Positions 49,415-59,771 of a DNA stretch of 64,000 nt are shown here, piece by piece (positions within the stretch are counted from its first letter, which is position 1; each line of letters starts with the position of its first letter). The notes below the pieces were generated by a model. The model had not been told where the DNA came from and searched no databases. It saw nothing but the letters and a program-made list of their open reading frames with translations. The DNA is from Methanomassiliicoccaceae archaeon UBA404 (GTDB taxonomy: Archaea > Thermoplasmatota > Thermoplasmata > Methanomassiliicoccales > Methanomethylophilaceae). Location of the stretch: the NCBI GenBank assembly GCA_002498605.1, contig DAHY01000009.1, positions 22,971-86,970 of the forward strand, written 5' to 3'. The translations under genes and the position numbers were made by a program.

Positions 49415-50578
49415 ATGAGAGAAGTAGCTATTGTAGGTACGGGAGTCACGAAATTCGGAGAACTCTGGGACAAATCATTCAGGGCAATCGGAATCGAAGC
49501 GGGAATAAAAGCCATAGAAGACGCGGGCATGTCCGGATCCGAAGTGGACGGAGTTTATTTCGGAAACATGTCTTCCCGTTTCATCAACCAGCAGCACATC
49601 GACGCGCTGATTGCCGATTATTCGGGAATGGCGACCCGCAACGTTCCGGCCGTAAGGACCGAAGCGGGCGGAGCATCCGGAGGGGTGGCTTTCAGACAGG
49701 GAGTCATGGCCGTTGCTTCGGGAATGAACGACGTCGTATTGGTGGGAGGGGCGGAAAAGATGACGGATATGGACGATGCCGGAACCGCTCTGATTATGGA
49801 CAGTACCGCGGATGCGGAGTGGGAAGTCTCCATGGGACTTACGCTCACCTCATTGTACGCCATGATTGCAAGACGTATGATATACGACGGTATCGCGACC
49901 CGTGAGGAAATCGCATCTTTCGCGGTGAACGCTCACAAACACGGTGCGCTGAACCCCAACGCACAGTACAGGAAAGCCGTATCGTTGGAAACCGTTATGC
50001 GATCCGGCCCCGTCGCGGAACCGTTGGGCATGTTTGATTGCGCCCCGTATTCTGACGGTGCCGCCGCCGTGGTTCTGGTTCCTCTGGAACACGCAAAGAA
50101 AATGGGCGTCGATTACGTAAAAGTCTCGGCAACTGCTCAGGCAAGCGACACTCTGGCACTCTTCCAGAGAGAAGACATTACCACCTTTAAAGCAACAACC
50201 GTTGCGGCCAAGGAGGCATACAAGATTGCCGGCATCGAAGCCAAGGATATCGATGTGGCGGAAGTTCACGACGATTACACCGTCGGAGGAATCATGGCAC
50301 TTCAGGATCTGGGTTTCTTCAAGAAGGGAGAAGCCGGAAAAGCCGTTCTCGAAGACCGCGTAAGCATCGACGGCGAAGTTGCAATCAACACTTCCGGCGG
50401 TCTTAAAGCCGCGGGTTATCCCGTGGGCGCCGCAGGCGTTGCACAGATTGTGGAGATAACCAACCAGCTCAGGAACAGAGCCGACAACAGACAGGTCAAA
50501 GATGCCAAATACGGTCTTGCCCAGTCTGTCGGAGGTACCGGTTCCGCCGTTACGGTCAGCATATTGGAGGCGATCTGA
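49415..50578 (+). CDS. archaeal acetoacetyl-CoA thiolase homologue with substituted catalytic residues
   Basis: Thiolase fold motifs (GAEKM, NPNAQ, SDGAAA, NTSGGL), but EAGGASGG, HDDY and GYP. Confidence 0.88.
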   Translation: MREVAIVGTGVTKFGELWDKSFRAIGIEAGIKAIEDAGMSGSEVDGVYFGNMSSRFINQQHIDALIADYSGMATRNVPAVRTEAGGASGGVAFRQGVMAVASGMNDVVLVGGAEKMTDMDDAGTALIMDSTADAEWEVSMGLTLTSLYAMIARRMIYDGIATREEIASFAVNAHKHGALNPNAQYRKAVSLETVMRSGPVAEPLGMFDCAPYSDGAAAVVLVPLEHAKKMGVDYVKVSATAQASDTLALFQREDITTFKATTVAAKEAYKIAGIEAKDIDVAEVHDDYTVGGIMALQDLGFFKKGEAGKAVLEDRVSIDGEVAINTSGGLKAAGYPVGAAGVAQIVEITNQLRNRADNRQVKDAKYGLAQSVGGTGSAVTVSILEAI

Positions 50579-50982
50579 TGTCAGCTGTTGCAAAAGAGTG
50601 GAGAGAAATCCCGGCAAGATACAATCTCGAAGGTTCCGAATGCGGAAACTGCGGAAGGAAATATTTCCCCAAGAGGAATATGTGTCCCCACTGCAGAAGA
50701 AACGGATTCGGAAAAATGCGTCCTTACGATGTTTCGAAGAAAGGAAAGATATTCACTTTCTCCATAATTCATGACGCTCCGGAAGCCAACAGGGATCTTA
50801 AACCGTACGCCGTGGCAATGGTCAGGACCGATGACGGACTCCTGATATCCGGCCAGCTGACGGATGTGGATCTGGCACAGATTGAAATCGGTATGCGGGT
50901 CCGTGCCGTACTGAGGAAACTCGGCGATGCGGGTCCGTCCGGAATAATCCACTACGGATTCAAATTCGTTCCCGATCTGTAA
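50578..50982 (+). CDS. DUF35 zinc-ribbon/OB-fold scaffold protein
   Basis: CGNCG..YFP....CPHC, YGFKF; adjacent to thiolase. Confidence 0.92.
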   Translation: MSAVAKEWREIPARYNLEGSECGNCGRKYFPKRNMCPHCRRNGFGKMRPYDVSKKGKIFTFSIIHDAPEANRDLKPYAVAMVRTDDGLLISGQLTDVDLAQIEIGMRVRAVLRKLGDAGPSGIIHYGFKFVPDL

Positions 50983-51014
50983 TCGGAACGATACCAAACT
51001 TTTTTTAAAATTCA

Positions 51015-51032
51015 AAGGGGGTCCGCCCCCTT
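51015..51032. terminator. hairpin between convergent genes
   Basis: AAGGGGG-TCCG-CCCCCTT with flanking T-rich tracts. Confidence 0.5.
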
Positions 51033-51043
51033 CCCTTTATTTT

Positions 51044-51520
51044 TCAAGCCTTCATTATGTCAACGGCCGCCACATGTTCCAGAATAAGTTCCGTGTAGGG
51101 TATCGACGATTTTTCCAATTCCATGTTTTTCGCGGATGTTTCGGTGCAGTCAATCAAAGAATCGTCTCTTTTGCAGCCTATTTCGTCAAGTCTCAAATCA
51201 TCGGTATTTCCGATAAGCAGTATCACAAATTCCGTATCCCCTTTTTTTGGGCTCATCTTCTTTATGGCTCTGCCGATCTGTCTGTCGGCCGACGCATAAA
51301 GAATGATTTCGGAAAGAAGACTTTTGGAACGGTTGACGCTCCGGGAAAACGCTCTCTCGGCGTGCAGGTAAGCAGATAAAACATGATCCTTTCCGCAAAT
51401 ATAATCGGGATTGAACAGTACCGCTTCGATCCCGAGAGAATCAAAATGAGCTATCAGCTCGGCGGGAGTTTTTTCGCATTTTATACCGATGACATCCAAC
51501 ATGACAGGTTGTTGATACAT
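51044..51520 (-). CDS. cgi121: KEOPS complex subunit Cgi121
   Basis: ICGKDHVLSAY.HA.RAF....NRSKSL.SEIILYASADRQI..AI; true start is ~51520, not 51955. Confidence 0.88.
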   Translation of the reverse strand: MYQQPVMLDVIGIKCEKTPAELIAHFDSLGIEAVLFNPDYICGKDHVLSAYLHAERAFSRSVNRSKSLLSEIILYASADRQIGRAIKKMSPKKGDTEFVILLIGNTDDLRLDEIGCKRDDSLIDCTETSAKNMELEKSSIPYTELILEHVAAVDIMKA

Positions 51521-51619
51521 TCGTCCTGTTTTAACTTTTATCAATGAAAGAAACTGAAAAAGTTTATCATATACGGTATGTATGCCCGACTTATTGGAAC
51601 AGTTCCGGGACGAATTCAA

Positions 51620-52552
51620 ATGAGTAACGAATGGATTAAGGTAGCCGCTCCGGCCACCACCTCCAACATTGGGCCGGGGTTCGACACGTTCGGACTCGCT
51701 TTGAAAGAACCTTTTGATATTGTAGAGGGCAGAAGAATCGATTCCGGTCTGATGATAAGTGAAATCACGGGACCCGGAAGCGACATCATACCCACCGACC
51801 CGGAAAAGAATTCGGTATGTATCGCCGCCGGCGAAGTTCTCAGAAAATCCGGAGAAGATTTCGGAATCGAATTCAGGATAAAAAAAGGAATCAGACCCGG
51901 AAGCGGACTCGGTTCCTCCGGAGCATCCGCCTCCGGCGGTGCGTATCTTGCGCATTTGATGTGCGGAGAAAAATTAAGCGATAACGATTTGGTTCTCTGC
52001 GCGGCCAAAGCCGAAGGCGTGACTTCGGGAGGACTGCATGCGGATAACGTTGCCCCGAGTCTTTTGGGCGGTTTCACCGTGATACGCTCTTACGATCCTT
52101 TTGACGTGATATCGATAAATCCCCCCGAAAATCTGGGGGTCGTCGTGACTCTTCCCGAAATATACATAGAAACAAAGGAAGCCCGCAAGGTAATTCCCGC
52201 CGAAGTTCCGTTGAATCATTTGGTGTTCCACGTTGGGAACGCATCCTGTCTGACTTACGGAATGGCCACGGGAGATTTGGATTTGATAAGAAGATCCATT
52301 CAGGATCTGGTATCGGAGCCCAACAGAAAGAATCTCGTTCCCAATCTTAAAGAGGCCGAAGAAGCCGCTTTGTCCGAAGGGGCGCTCGCATCCTTTTTGG
52401 GAGGGTCCGGGCCGTGTATAATGTCGTTCTACGACAAAACTTCAGGTAACGGAAACAATATCGCCGAAAGCGTAAAGTCGGTTTTCGCCCATGCCGACAT
52501 AAAATGCGAAACATGGGTAACGGTTTGCGGCAAAGGCTGCAGAAGGATTTGA
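51620..52552 (+). CDS. thrB: homoserine kinase
   Basis: PATTSNIGPGFD, GSGLGSSGAS, HADNVAP, GSGP. Confidence 0.95.
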   Translation: MSNEWIKVAAPATTSNIGPGFDTFGLALKEPFDIVEGRRIDSGLMISEITGPGSDIIPTDPEKNSVCIAAGEVLRKSGEDFGIEFRIKKGIRPGSGLGSSGASASGGAYLAHLMCGEKLSDNDLVLCAAKAEGVTSGGLHADNVAPSLLGGFTVIRSYDPFDVISINPPENLGVVVTLPEIYIETKEARKVIPAEVPLNHLVFHVGNASCLTYGMATGDLDLIRRSIQDLVSEPNRKNLVPNLKEAEEAALSEGALASFLGGSGPCIMSFYDKTSGNGNNIAESVKSVFAHADIKCETWVTVCGKGCRRI

Positions 52553-52556
52553 AGAA

Positions 52557-53774
52557 ATGGTATCTCACAGAGTTTTGTGCTGGGACTGCGGAGCGGTGAT
52601 CGAAGACCCGTTTGTCAGCGTATGCCCGAAATGCAAAGGATTGCTCACAGTAAAGATGGACTTGGAGAAAGTCAAAGAAAAATCTCCCGAAGATCTCAGG
52701 AAAACTCCGATAGGCGTGTGGAGATATTCCGACTTTATGCCGGTTGACGCGTCCAAAAAAGTATCAATTCAGGAAGGCGGAACGCCGTTGTACGATACAA
52801 AGGCTCTTGCTGAAATCGTCGGTGTAAAGGGAATGCACGTCAAATTCGAAGGACTGAATCCCACCGGTTCTTTCAAAGACCGGGGAATGACCATAGGCGT
52901 GACCCGGGCCAAAGAACTGGGTGCCGAAATCGTCGGTTGCGCTTCCACCGGAAACACTTCGGCTTCGCTTGCGGCATACGCCGCCAAGGCCGGAATGAAA
53001 TGCGCGGTGTTTCTCCCGTCCGGAAAGGTTGCGGCCGGTAAGCTGGCTCAGGCTTTGTTTTACGGTGCCAAGGTTTTGTCGATTGACGGAAACTTTGACG
53101 ATGCTCTCGCATTGGCAAGAAAAATGTCCGAACAGAAAAAACTGTACCTGCTGAATTCCATCAACCCGTACCGTCCGGAAGGACAGAAATCCGTTCTGTT
53201 CGAAATAATGGACCAATTGAACTACAACATTCCCGACAGAATTGTTCTGCCGGTCGGCAACGCCGCCAATATCTGGGCGGTATACAAAGCGCTTACCGAA
53301 CTGGAAGAAGTGGGATGGATTGACAGAATGCCCATGCTTACGGGTATTCAGGCCGAAGGTTCCGCTCCGGTTGCCAGAGCGTTCGACGAAGAAAAGAAAG
53401 ATTTCATTCCCGTCGAAAACCCGGAGACCATTGCAACCGCGATACGCATCGGCAACCCGGTGAGCGGACGCAAAGCTCTCGCCGCCATATACAATACCGG
53501 CGGATATTCGGAAACCGTCTCCGATGAGGAAATCATTGCGGCTCAGAAACTGACCGCGAGGAAAGAAGGCGTGTTCGTCGAACCCGCTTCCGCCGCATCC
53601 GTCGCGGGAATAATCAAACTCAGAAACATGGGAATCATAGACAGGGACGAGACTGTTGTGGCAATCTGTACCGGCAACGGACTCAAAGACCCGGAAACCG
53701 CCGTGAAATACAGCAACCCGCCAATCAAGTGCGCCAATTCCGTGGAAGCCGTGAACAAGATTCTTTCCGATTAA
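52557..53774 (+). CDS. thrC: threonine synthase
   Basis: NPTGSFKDRG, ASTGNTSAS, PVGNAAN, TGNGLKD. Confidence 0.95.
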   Translation: MVSHRVLCWDCGAVIEDPFVSVCPKCKGLLTVKMDLEKVKEKSPEDLRKTPIGVWRYSDFMPVDASKKVSIQEGGTPLYDTKALAEIVGVKGMHVKFEGLNPTGSFKDRGMTIGVTRAKELGAEIVGCASTGNTSASLAAYAAKAGMKCAVFLPSGKVAAGKLAQALFYGAKVLSIDGNFDDALALARKMSEQKKLYLLNSINPYRPEGQKSVLFEIMDQLNYNIPDRIVLPVGNAANIWAVYKALTELEEVGWIDRMPMLTGIQAEGSAPVARAFDEEKKDFIPVENPETIATAIRIGNPVSGRKALAAIYNTGGYSETVSDEEIIAAQKLTARKEGVFVEPASAASVAGIIKLRNMGIIDRDETVVAICTGNGLKDPETAVKYSNPPIKCANSVEAVNKILSD

Positions 53775-53783
53775 TTCAAAGAA

Positions 53784-56030
53784 TTAACGGAAATCCATAA
53801 GATTGGATTGCTTTGAGACCTTGGTCTCTTCGTATTCCGCGGCCATGGCTTCGAGTTCATCGTCGTCGGGAGCCCAATCCGCCTCGGGGGGTTTTGTTTC
53901 CGCGGAACCTCCCGCCTGTTCTTTCAGGCTTTTGGCAAGGGCATTGCCGATTCTGTGCAAAGAAGCAAGCTTGCTTTCGGAAGCCGTCATAATATCGGTT
54001 CTTTTCCGATATCCCGCATCAAAAAGAATCCTGGCTCTTGTTCTTCCGACGCCTTTGAACGATACCAAATCCATAAGTTCTTCTTTCACGCCATACTTTA
54101 TACGGGTAAGCAGAGGTCTTATTTTCTTCATGGTTTCGGGAGCGAATATATACGCTATTTCGCTCATTGCGTACATAATCCAATTTATCATTTCGATTCT
54201 GGAACGTATGTCTCCGGGACCGATTCCCATGTTGTTGGTAATACTTTCTTCGGGTACTTCGGATATCCAATCCGTTATCATTGCGGAAACCTTTACGGCC
54301 CCCATGAAAATTTCCTGAACGAATTCATCGTAAAGATCCTTATCGTCAAAAGGGTCGTACAGCAAACTGTCCTGATACCTGTCGGCGATGGCATTCAAAC
54401 GGTCTTCATCGCTCTTTTTGGGATAAAGTCCCATTACGTCGGGCGTCAAAGCGGCGGCAATCAGAATTTCTATATCCTCCGTGTCGTCCTTTATTTTCCG
54501 GACGGCATCTCTCAGTATCACCGCGGATTTCGGGTCTATGTACAAATCCGATATTCTTTTGCCGAAAGGCAATATCCTGAGAAAATCCCCGGTTTTTTCT
54601 ATCATTTCTTCTTCCGAAAGAAAATCGGTTACTTTTTTCACAACCTCTTCCGCGCCGTACATCGAAGAGGTGCTTCCGTAAAACGTGGATTCAAGGAAGT
54701 CTATGACTTCTCCGTCGGTGGAAGCATCGCCGGTGGCAATCAGTCCCAGTATGTGACTTCTCAGAGTATTCTCGTTTCCGAGATTCGAAGTCAGATGTTC
54801 GGTGTCATGCTGAATATAATCATACATCAGATGATCGAAATGATTTTGATTTTTAGCTATAAGAACAGCTTCGCCGTAAGGGTCGTAACCCGGTCTCCCG
54901 GCACGTCCCGACATCTGCTTCATTTCCATAACGGATATCGGAACCGTGCCCACGTTTGCTTCGTATCTCCCGGTATCTCTGATTATGACTCTTCTGGCGG
55001 GGAGATTGATCCCGGCGGCCAGAGTGGGGGTTGCGATGATGCATTTTATGTTTCCGTTGCGGAAGTTGTCTTCGACGTATTTTCTCTGTTTGTAGGTCAG
55101 TCCCGCGTTATGGAATGCGGTTCCGGAGGCAACGCATTCGGCCAGCTGCCTTCCCAATGTGGTGGGTTCGGCACCCCCTTCCAACAATGCGGTTTCCTGC
55201 GGGCTGAGGGTTCTTCCGGCAAGTTTGTTCATTTCGTCCGAAAAACGTCTGGCCAAAGATTCGGTGGAACGGCGGGTGTTCACAAATACAAGGCACTGTC
55301 CGCCTTCTTTGACGGTCTGTTTCACCAGCCCCCATATGGGATCCTTTTCCCTGGGAACTTCTACACGTTCCATATTTTCGAAGGTTATTTCGTCATTGAA
55401 GTACACGCCTTCCTTAAGAGGTATGGGACGCCAGTCATCCACTATCAATTCCGCGTCCAGCCATACGGCTAGATCCATTGCGTTGGATATTGTAGCGGAC
55501 AAAGCTATAATCTGAAGTTTCGGGTTTCTTTTCATTAACTTCGTTAGCGTGACTTCCAAAGTCGGACCCCTCCCGGGGTCGTGTATCATGTGTATTTCGT
55601 CGGCAATCACAAGCCCCACGGACTCTATCCATCGGTTTCCGTGTCTTATCATCGAATCCGCTTTTTCGGATGTGGCCACTATGATGTCCGCATCGTTGAT
55701 TCTTCCGCCGTCGGAGTCCAAATCCCCCACGCTCATGGCGACTTTGTATCCCAGATGCGAAAAGGAATCCAAATCTTCCATTTTTTCCGAGGCCAAGGCC
55801 TTCAGAGGAACAATATAAAGAACTTTCTTTTTTTCTTTGAGGACCATTTTCATTGCGGAAATGTATCCTATTATGGATTTTCCGCTGGCCGTCGGTACGG
55901 AAACCACAAGACTGTGTCCTTCGAGGGCTATCGGTATCGCTTTGGCCTGATGTCTGTGCAATTCGATGAAACCCTTCTCTTTCAGGGCGTCGGCGACGTC
56001 TTTGGGAATATCCAATTCATCGAATCTCAT
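53784..56030 (-). CDS. hel308: Ski2-like DNA helicase Hel308
   Basis: PTASGKS, DEIH, SAT, FHNAGL, TPTLAAGINLP, QMSGRAGRP, GVGRTRAR. Confidence 0.93.
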   Translation of the reverse strand: MRFDELDIPKDVADALKEKGFIELHRHQAKAIPIALEGHSLVVSVPTASGKSIIGYISAMKMVLKEKKKVLYIVPLKALASEKMEDLDSFSHLGYKVAMSVGDLDSDGGRINDADIIVATSEKADSMIRHGNRWIESVGLVIADEIHMIHDPGRGPTLEVTLTKLMKRNPKLQIIALSATISNAMDLAVWLDAELIVDDWRPIPLKEGVYFNDEITFENMERVEVPREKDPIWGLVKQTVKEGGQCLVFVNTRRSTESLARRFSDEMNKLAGRTLSPQETALLEGGAEPTTLGRQLAECVASGTAFHNAGLTYKQRKYVEDNFRNGNIKCIIATPTLAAGINLPARRVIIRDTGRYEANVGTVPISVMEMKQMSGRAGRPGYDPYGEAVLIAKNQNHFDHLMYDYIQHDTEHLTSNLGNENTLRSHILGLIATGDASTDGEVIDFLESTFYGSTSSMYGAEEVVKKVTDFLSEEEMIEKTGDFLRILPFGKRISDLYIDPKSAVILRDAVRKIKDDTEDIEILIAAALTPDVMGLYPKKSDEDRLNAIADRYQDSLLYDPFDDKDLYDEFVQEIFMGAVKVSAMITDWISEVPEESITNNMGIGPGDIRSRIEMINWIMYAMSEIAYIFAPETMKKIRPLLTRIKYGVKEELMDLVSFKGVGRTRARILFDAGYRKRTDIMTASESKLASLHRIGNALAKSLKEQAGGSAETKPPEADWAPDDDELEAMAAEYEETKVSKQSNLMDFR

Positions 56031-56118
56031 AACTCCCGATAAGAGGCGGAGATAATTAACCCTTGTCGGAACAATCTTTGCACAATGGTTAATAAGGGTC
56101 AGATATTATCGATTTTTA

Positions 56119-57069
56119 GTGTCCCGAAGAAATCTGTTCGTCGCGGTGTTTGTTTTGTCTTTATTCATGATGCCTCTGGCATTGACCGAAGAGGCGTATG
56201 CTTCATCGGACGGGTTCGTGTATTATCACGATAAACTCACAGACAAAGAAAAGAAAATTTTCGATTTGTGCGAATTTGAAAACACTTCCGACACGGTCCC
56301 CGCGGATACGGAACAGGAAACCGTAACCATGGTGGCAAAACTGATGGTACTCGAAAATCCGAAACTGTACTGGTTATGGGTATCCCCGACGCTGAACGAT
56401 GACGGAACGCTGTCTTACAGTTTTATCGACGGTTTCGATCCCGATCCGCCCGGCGCCATGGAAAGTTTTGTCAATGAAATAAAATCCGAACTGGATATCG
56501 GGTATTCGGTCAAAGACGCCGCAACCGCGGTCAACGCAAAACTTACAGCCAACACAAAACTTGTTGAAAGCAGTGAAAACATTGCAACGGGAACGGCTTT
56601 CGGAGCCATTGTTCTCAAAGAAGCGGATTCCTTCGGATTTGCCGCCGCTTTCAGTTACACAATGAACGAATTGTACGGTGACGGCAACATCAATATTCTG
56701 ACGGCGGTCGGAAAACTTCACAATTCCGAAGGTTACGACGAACACGCCTGGAATCTTGTACGTACCGAAGATAAATGGTACGGAGTCGATACGGCACTGA
56801 ACAAAAAAGAAAATTCAAACTCGTATGTCATGACGGCTTCCAACGACAGGGGCAACAGCGAAGGATACACCTTTGCGGCCTCTCATCAGCCCGGTTTGTC
56901 GGAGTATCTGGAATCAAATACATTTTTTGAAACCCCGGAACCGTACATGAAAGAAATACTGCCCCCCGAGGAGCCTACCACATTTGAAAAATACGGTCCT
57001 TATGTCATGGTAATAAGCATTATAACCATACTGTGCATAATGATGATAGTTTATTCAAGACGTGGTTGA
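56119..57069 (+). CDS. membrane-anchored extracellular transglutaminase-like protein
   Basis: Signal peptide, ADSFGFAAAF, HAWN, WYGVDT, C-terminal TM. Confidence 0.75.
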   Translation: MSRRNLFVAVFVLSLFMMPLALTEEAYASSDGFVYYHDKLTDKEKKIFDLCEFENTSDTVPADTEQETVTMVAKLMVLENPKLYWLWVSPTLNDDGTLSYSFIDGFDPDPPGAMESFVNEIKSELDIGYSVKDAATAVNAKLTANTKLVESSENIATGTAFGAIVLKEADSFGFAAAFSYTMNELYGDGNINILTAVGKLHNSEGYDEHAWNLVRTEDKWYGVDTALNKKENSNSYVMTASNDRGNSEGYTFAASHQPGLSEYLESNTFFETPEPYMKEILPPEEPTTFEKYGPYVMVISIITILCIMMIVYSRRG

Positions 57070-57119
57070 TTCGAAATTCTTTATATATGAATATACAACA
57101 ACCCAACTGAGGAGTCAAA

Positions 57120-59210
57120 ATGGCAAACAAAATTGAAGAGAAGCCCACCGACAATCCCGTGGAGACATGGATCGACAGGCAGACCTTCAGGTCCACAGAG
57201 GACATCGAAATACCCGAGAAAATGGCCGATAGGGTTATCGGACAGGACGAAGCGGTAGAGGTAATGCGAAAGGCTGCTTTCCAGAAGAGGCATGTTATGC
57301 TCATAGGAGAGCCGGGTACAGGAAAATCTATGTTGGCCAATTCCATGGTGGAATATCTCCCCAAAGAGGAATTGGAAGACGTGGTATCGTACCATAATCC
57401 CGAAGATTTCAATGAGCCCCGCATAAGGACTCTTCCCGCCGGAAAGGGCAAGGCAATAGTTGCGGAACAGAAAGCACATGCCACCGCCGTCAAGAATCAG
57501 AAGAATTCCATGTACATTTACGTCAGCGTTTTCATAATGTTGCTTGGTTTGATGGGTTCGATAATGTTCGGTAACTGGACCATAATGTTCATTGCGCTTT
57601 TCAGCGTTTTCATAATACTTATGTTGCTGAGAAATCCCAACCAGAGGAGCGAGATTATGATCGTTCCCAAAGTGCTGGTGGGACACTCGCCGGATGACGT
57701 ACCGCCGTTTGTCGATGCCACCGGCGCGCATGCCGGAGCATTGTTGGGAGATGTCAGACACGATCCTTTCCAATCCGGCGGTCTTGAAACACCGTCTCAC
57801 GACAGGATAGAACCCGGTGATATTCACAAGGCCAACAAAGGAGTTCTTTACATTGACGAAATAAACATGCTGAGGATGGAATCCCAGCAGGCTTTGCTGA
57901 CCGCAATGCAGGAAGGAAAAATGTCCATCACCGGACAGTCCGAACGTTCCTCCGGAGCCTTGGTAAAGTCGGAGCCCGTACCCTGCGACTTTATACTAGT
58001 ATGTGCGGGAAATCTTGACGCTTTGCAGGGAATGCACCCGGCGCTCAGATCAAGAATCAGAGGATACGGTTACGAAGTCTATATGCGCAACACCATGAAA
58101 GACACCGATGAGAACAGAGACTTCGTTGCAAGATTCGTTGCGCAGGAAGTCCGCAAAGACGCAAAGATTCCTCATTTCGATAAATATGCGGTCGGTGAAA
58201 TCATCAAGGAAGCCCAGCGCCGCGGGGGCAGACGGGGAGAACTCACCCTCAGGCTGAGGGAACTCGGAGGTCTTGTACGCGTGTCCGGCGACATTGCCGT
58301 GGGCAGAAAGGCGAAAATCGTAACCAGGGAAGACGTTCTTACCGCAAAAAGATCCGCCAGAGGTTTAGAACAGCAGATTGCCGACCGTTACGTGGAAGCC
58401 AACAAGAAATATCCCTTGTTCCGCACCGACGGTTCGGAAGTGGGCATGATTAACGGTCTGGCGGCAATGAATTCCGATACGGAGATGTCCGAATATGCGG
58501 GAATCGTGCTGCCGCTGGTTGCCGAAGTTTCTCCCGCACAGGTCAGAAAGGGCGGACGTATCGTCGCCACCGGTCAACTGGGAGTGATAGCCAAAGAAGC
58601 CGTGGACAACATATCCGCGGTCATCAAGAAGTACACGATGACCAACCTTACGGACGTGGACATACACCTTCAGTATATCGGCACATATTCCGGCGTGGAA
58701 GGGGACAGTGCATCCATAACCATGGCAACAGTCATCATATCGGCTTTGGAAAACATACCCATACGTCAGGATCTGGCTATGACCGGAAGCTTGAACGTCA
58801 GAGGACAGGTTCTTCCCATAGGCGCGGTAACCGCCAAACTGGAAGCCGCCGCCGAAGCGGGAATCAAAATCGCTCTTATACCGGAAAGCAACGCCAAGGA
58901 CGTGATGATGGAAGACCGCTACTACGACGTAATGGACGTATATTCGGTATCCAACCTGCGTGATGTTCTGGAATACGCATTCGTGGACTGTCCTCTCAAG
59001 ACACAGTACCTGGACAAGCTTCTGCCTCTCACCCATGACGGAAAATCCACCGCCAAGAAGCTGGAAAGGCCTCCGAAGCCTTCGGAAAAGCCTTACAGGG
59101 TGGTTGTGGAAACCGTCGACATGTCCGAGGAAACGGAAGACTGCGAGACCGAGCCGGAACACGTTCCCGAAAGCGAAAGAACCGGCGGAGGCTCGCCCTG
59201 CGGGGCTTAA
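57120..59210 (+). CDS. lonB: archaeal membrane Lon protease LonB
   Basis: GEPGTGKS, TM insert, DVRHDPFQSGGL, VEGDSAS (Ser), TAK (Lys). Confidence 0.96.
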   Translation: MANKIEEKPTDNPVETWIDRQTFRSTEDIEIPEKMADRVIGQDEAVEVMRKAAFQKRHVMLIGEPGTGKSMLANSMVEYLPKEELEDVVSYHNPEDFNEPRIRTLPAGKGKAIVAEQKAHATAVKNQKNSMYIYVSVFIMLLGLMGSIMFGNWTIMFIALFSVFIILMLLRNPNQRSEIMIVPKVLVGHSPDDVPPFVDATGAHAGALLGDVRHDPFQSGGLETPSHDRIEPGDIHKANKGVLYIDEINMLRMESQQALLTAMQEGKMSITGQSERSSGALVKSEPVPCDFILVCAGNLDALQGMHPALRSRIRGYGYEVYMRNTMKDTDENRDFVARFVAQEVRKDAKIPHFDKYAVGEIIKEAQRRGGRRGELTLRLRELGGLVRVSGDIAVGRKAKIVTREDVLTAKRSARGLEQQIADRYVEANKKYPLFRTDGSEVGMINGLAAMNSDTEMSEYAGIVLPLVAEVSPAQVRKGGRIVATGQLGVIAKEAVDNISAVIKKYTMTNLTDVDIHLQYIGTYSGVEGDSASITMATVIISALENIPIRQDLAMTGSLNVRGQVLPIGAVTAKLEAAAEAGIKIALIPESNAKDVMMEDRYYDVMDVYSVSNLRDVLEYAFVDCPLKTQYLDKLLPLTHDGKSTAKKLERPPKPSEKPYRVVVETVDMSEETEDCETEPEHVPESERTGGGSPCGA

Positions 59211-59240
59211 TGCTTTAATCGGGGAGGTTGATGACATACC

Positions 59241-59771
59241 ATGTCCGGCGGGCAGGGGTACGAAAACTATTCTTTGATGATCGGAAGATTTCAGCCTTTT
59301 CATGAGGGGCATCTTGAGGTTGTCCGCAAATGCGCCCGGGAATCCGATAATCTGACAATAGGCATAGGAAGCGCTCAATATTCCCATTATCCGGATAATC
59401 CGTTCACGGCCGGCGAGAGATATCTGATGATACGGAACACGCTGGACGATCAGGGTATAGACAATTACTGCATTGTGCCCATTGAAGATCTCAACAGATA
59501 TTCGGTGTGGGTTGCCCATGTTGCGTCCATGTCCCCGCCGTTCCATTACGTTTACAGCAACAATCGGTTCACAAGGCGTCTGTTCGAAGAGGCGGGATAC
59601 GAAATGAGGGAGTCCCACATTTACAACCGCGAAGTTTATTCCGGAACAGAGGTCAGAAGGAGAATGATTGCCGATGAAAATTGGCAGGAATTATTGCCGA
59701 AGCCGGTTGTTGAAGTCATAGAGGAGATAGACGGCGTCGGACGTCTGAAGGATATTTCCGGAGGAAACTGA
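59241..59771 (+). CDS. nadM: nicotinamide-nucleotide adenylyltransferase
   Basis: GRFQPFHEGH, NPFTAGER, YSGTEVR. Confidence 0.93.
   Translation: MSGGQGYENYSLMIGRFQPFHEGHLEVVRKCARESDNLTIGIGSAQYSHYPDNPFTAGERYLMIRNTLDDQGIDNYCIVPIEDLNRYSVWVAHVASMSPPFHYVYSNNRFTRRLFEEAGYEMRESHIYNREVYSGTEVRRRMIADENWQELLPKPVVEVIEEIDGVGRLKDISGGN

Noticed and set aside
51521..51955. N-terminal extensions of the cgi121 and egsA ORFs in the track (also 63394-63852)
   Set aside because: They overlap divergent real genes (thrB, flavoprotein); homology begins at downstream Met codons
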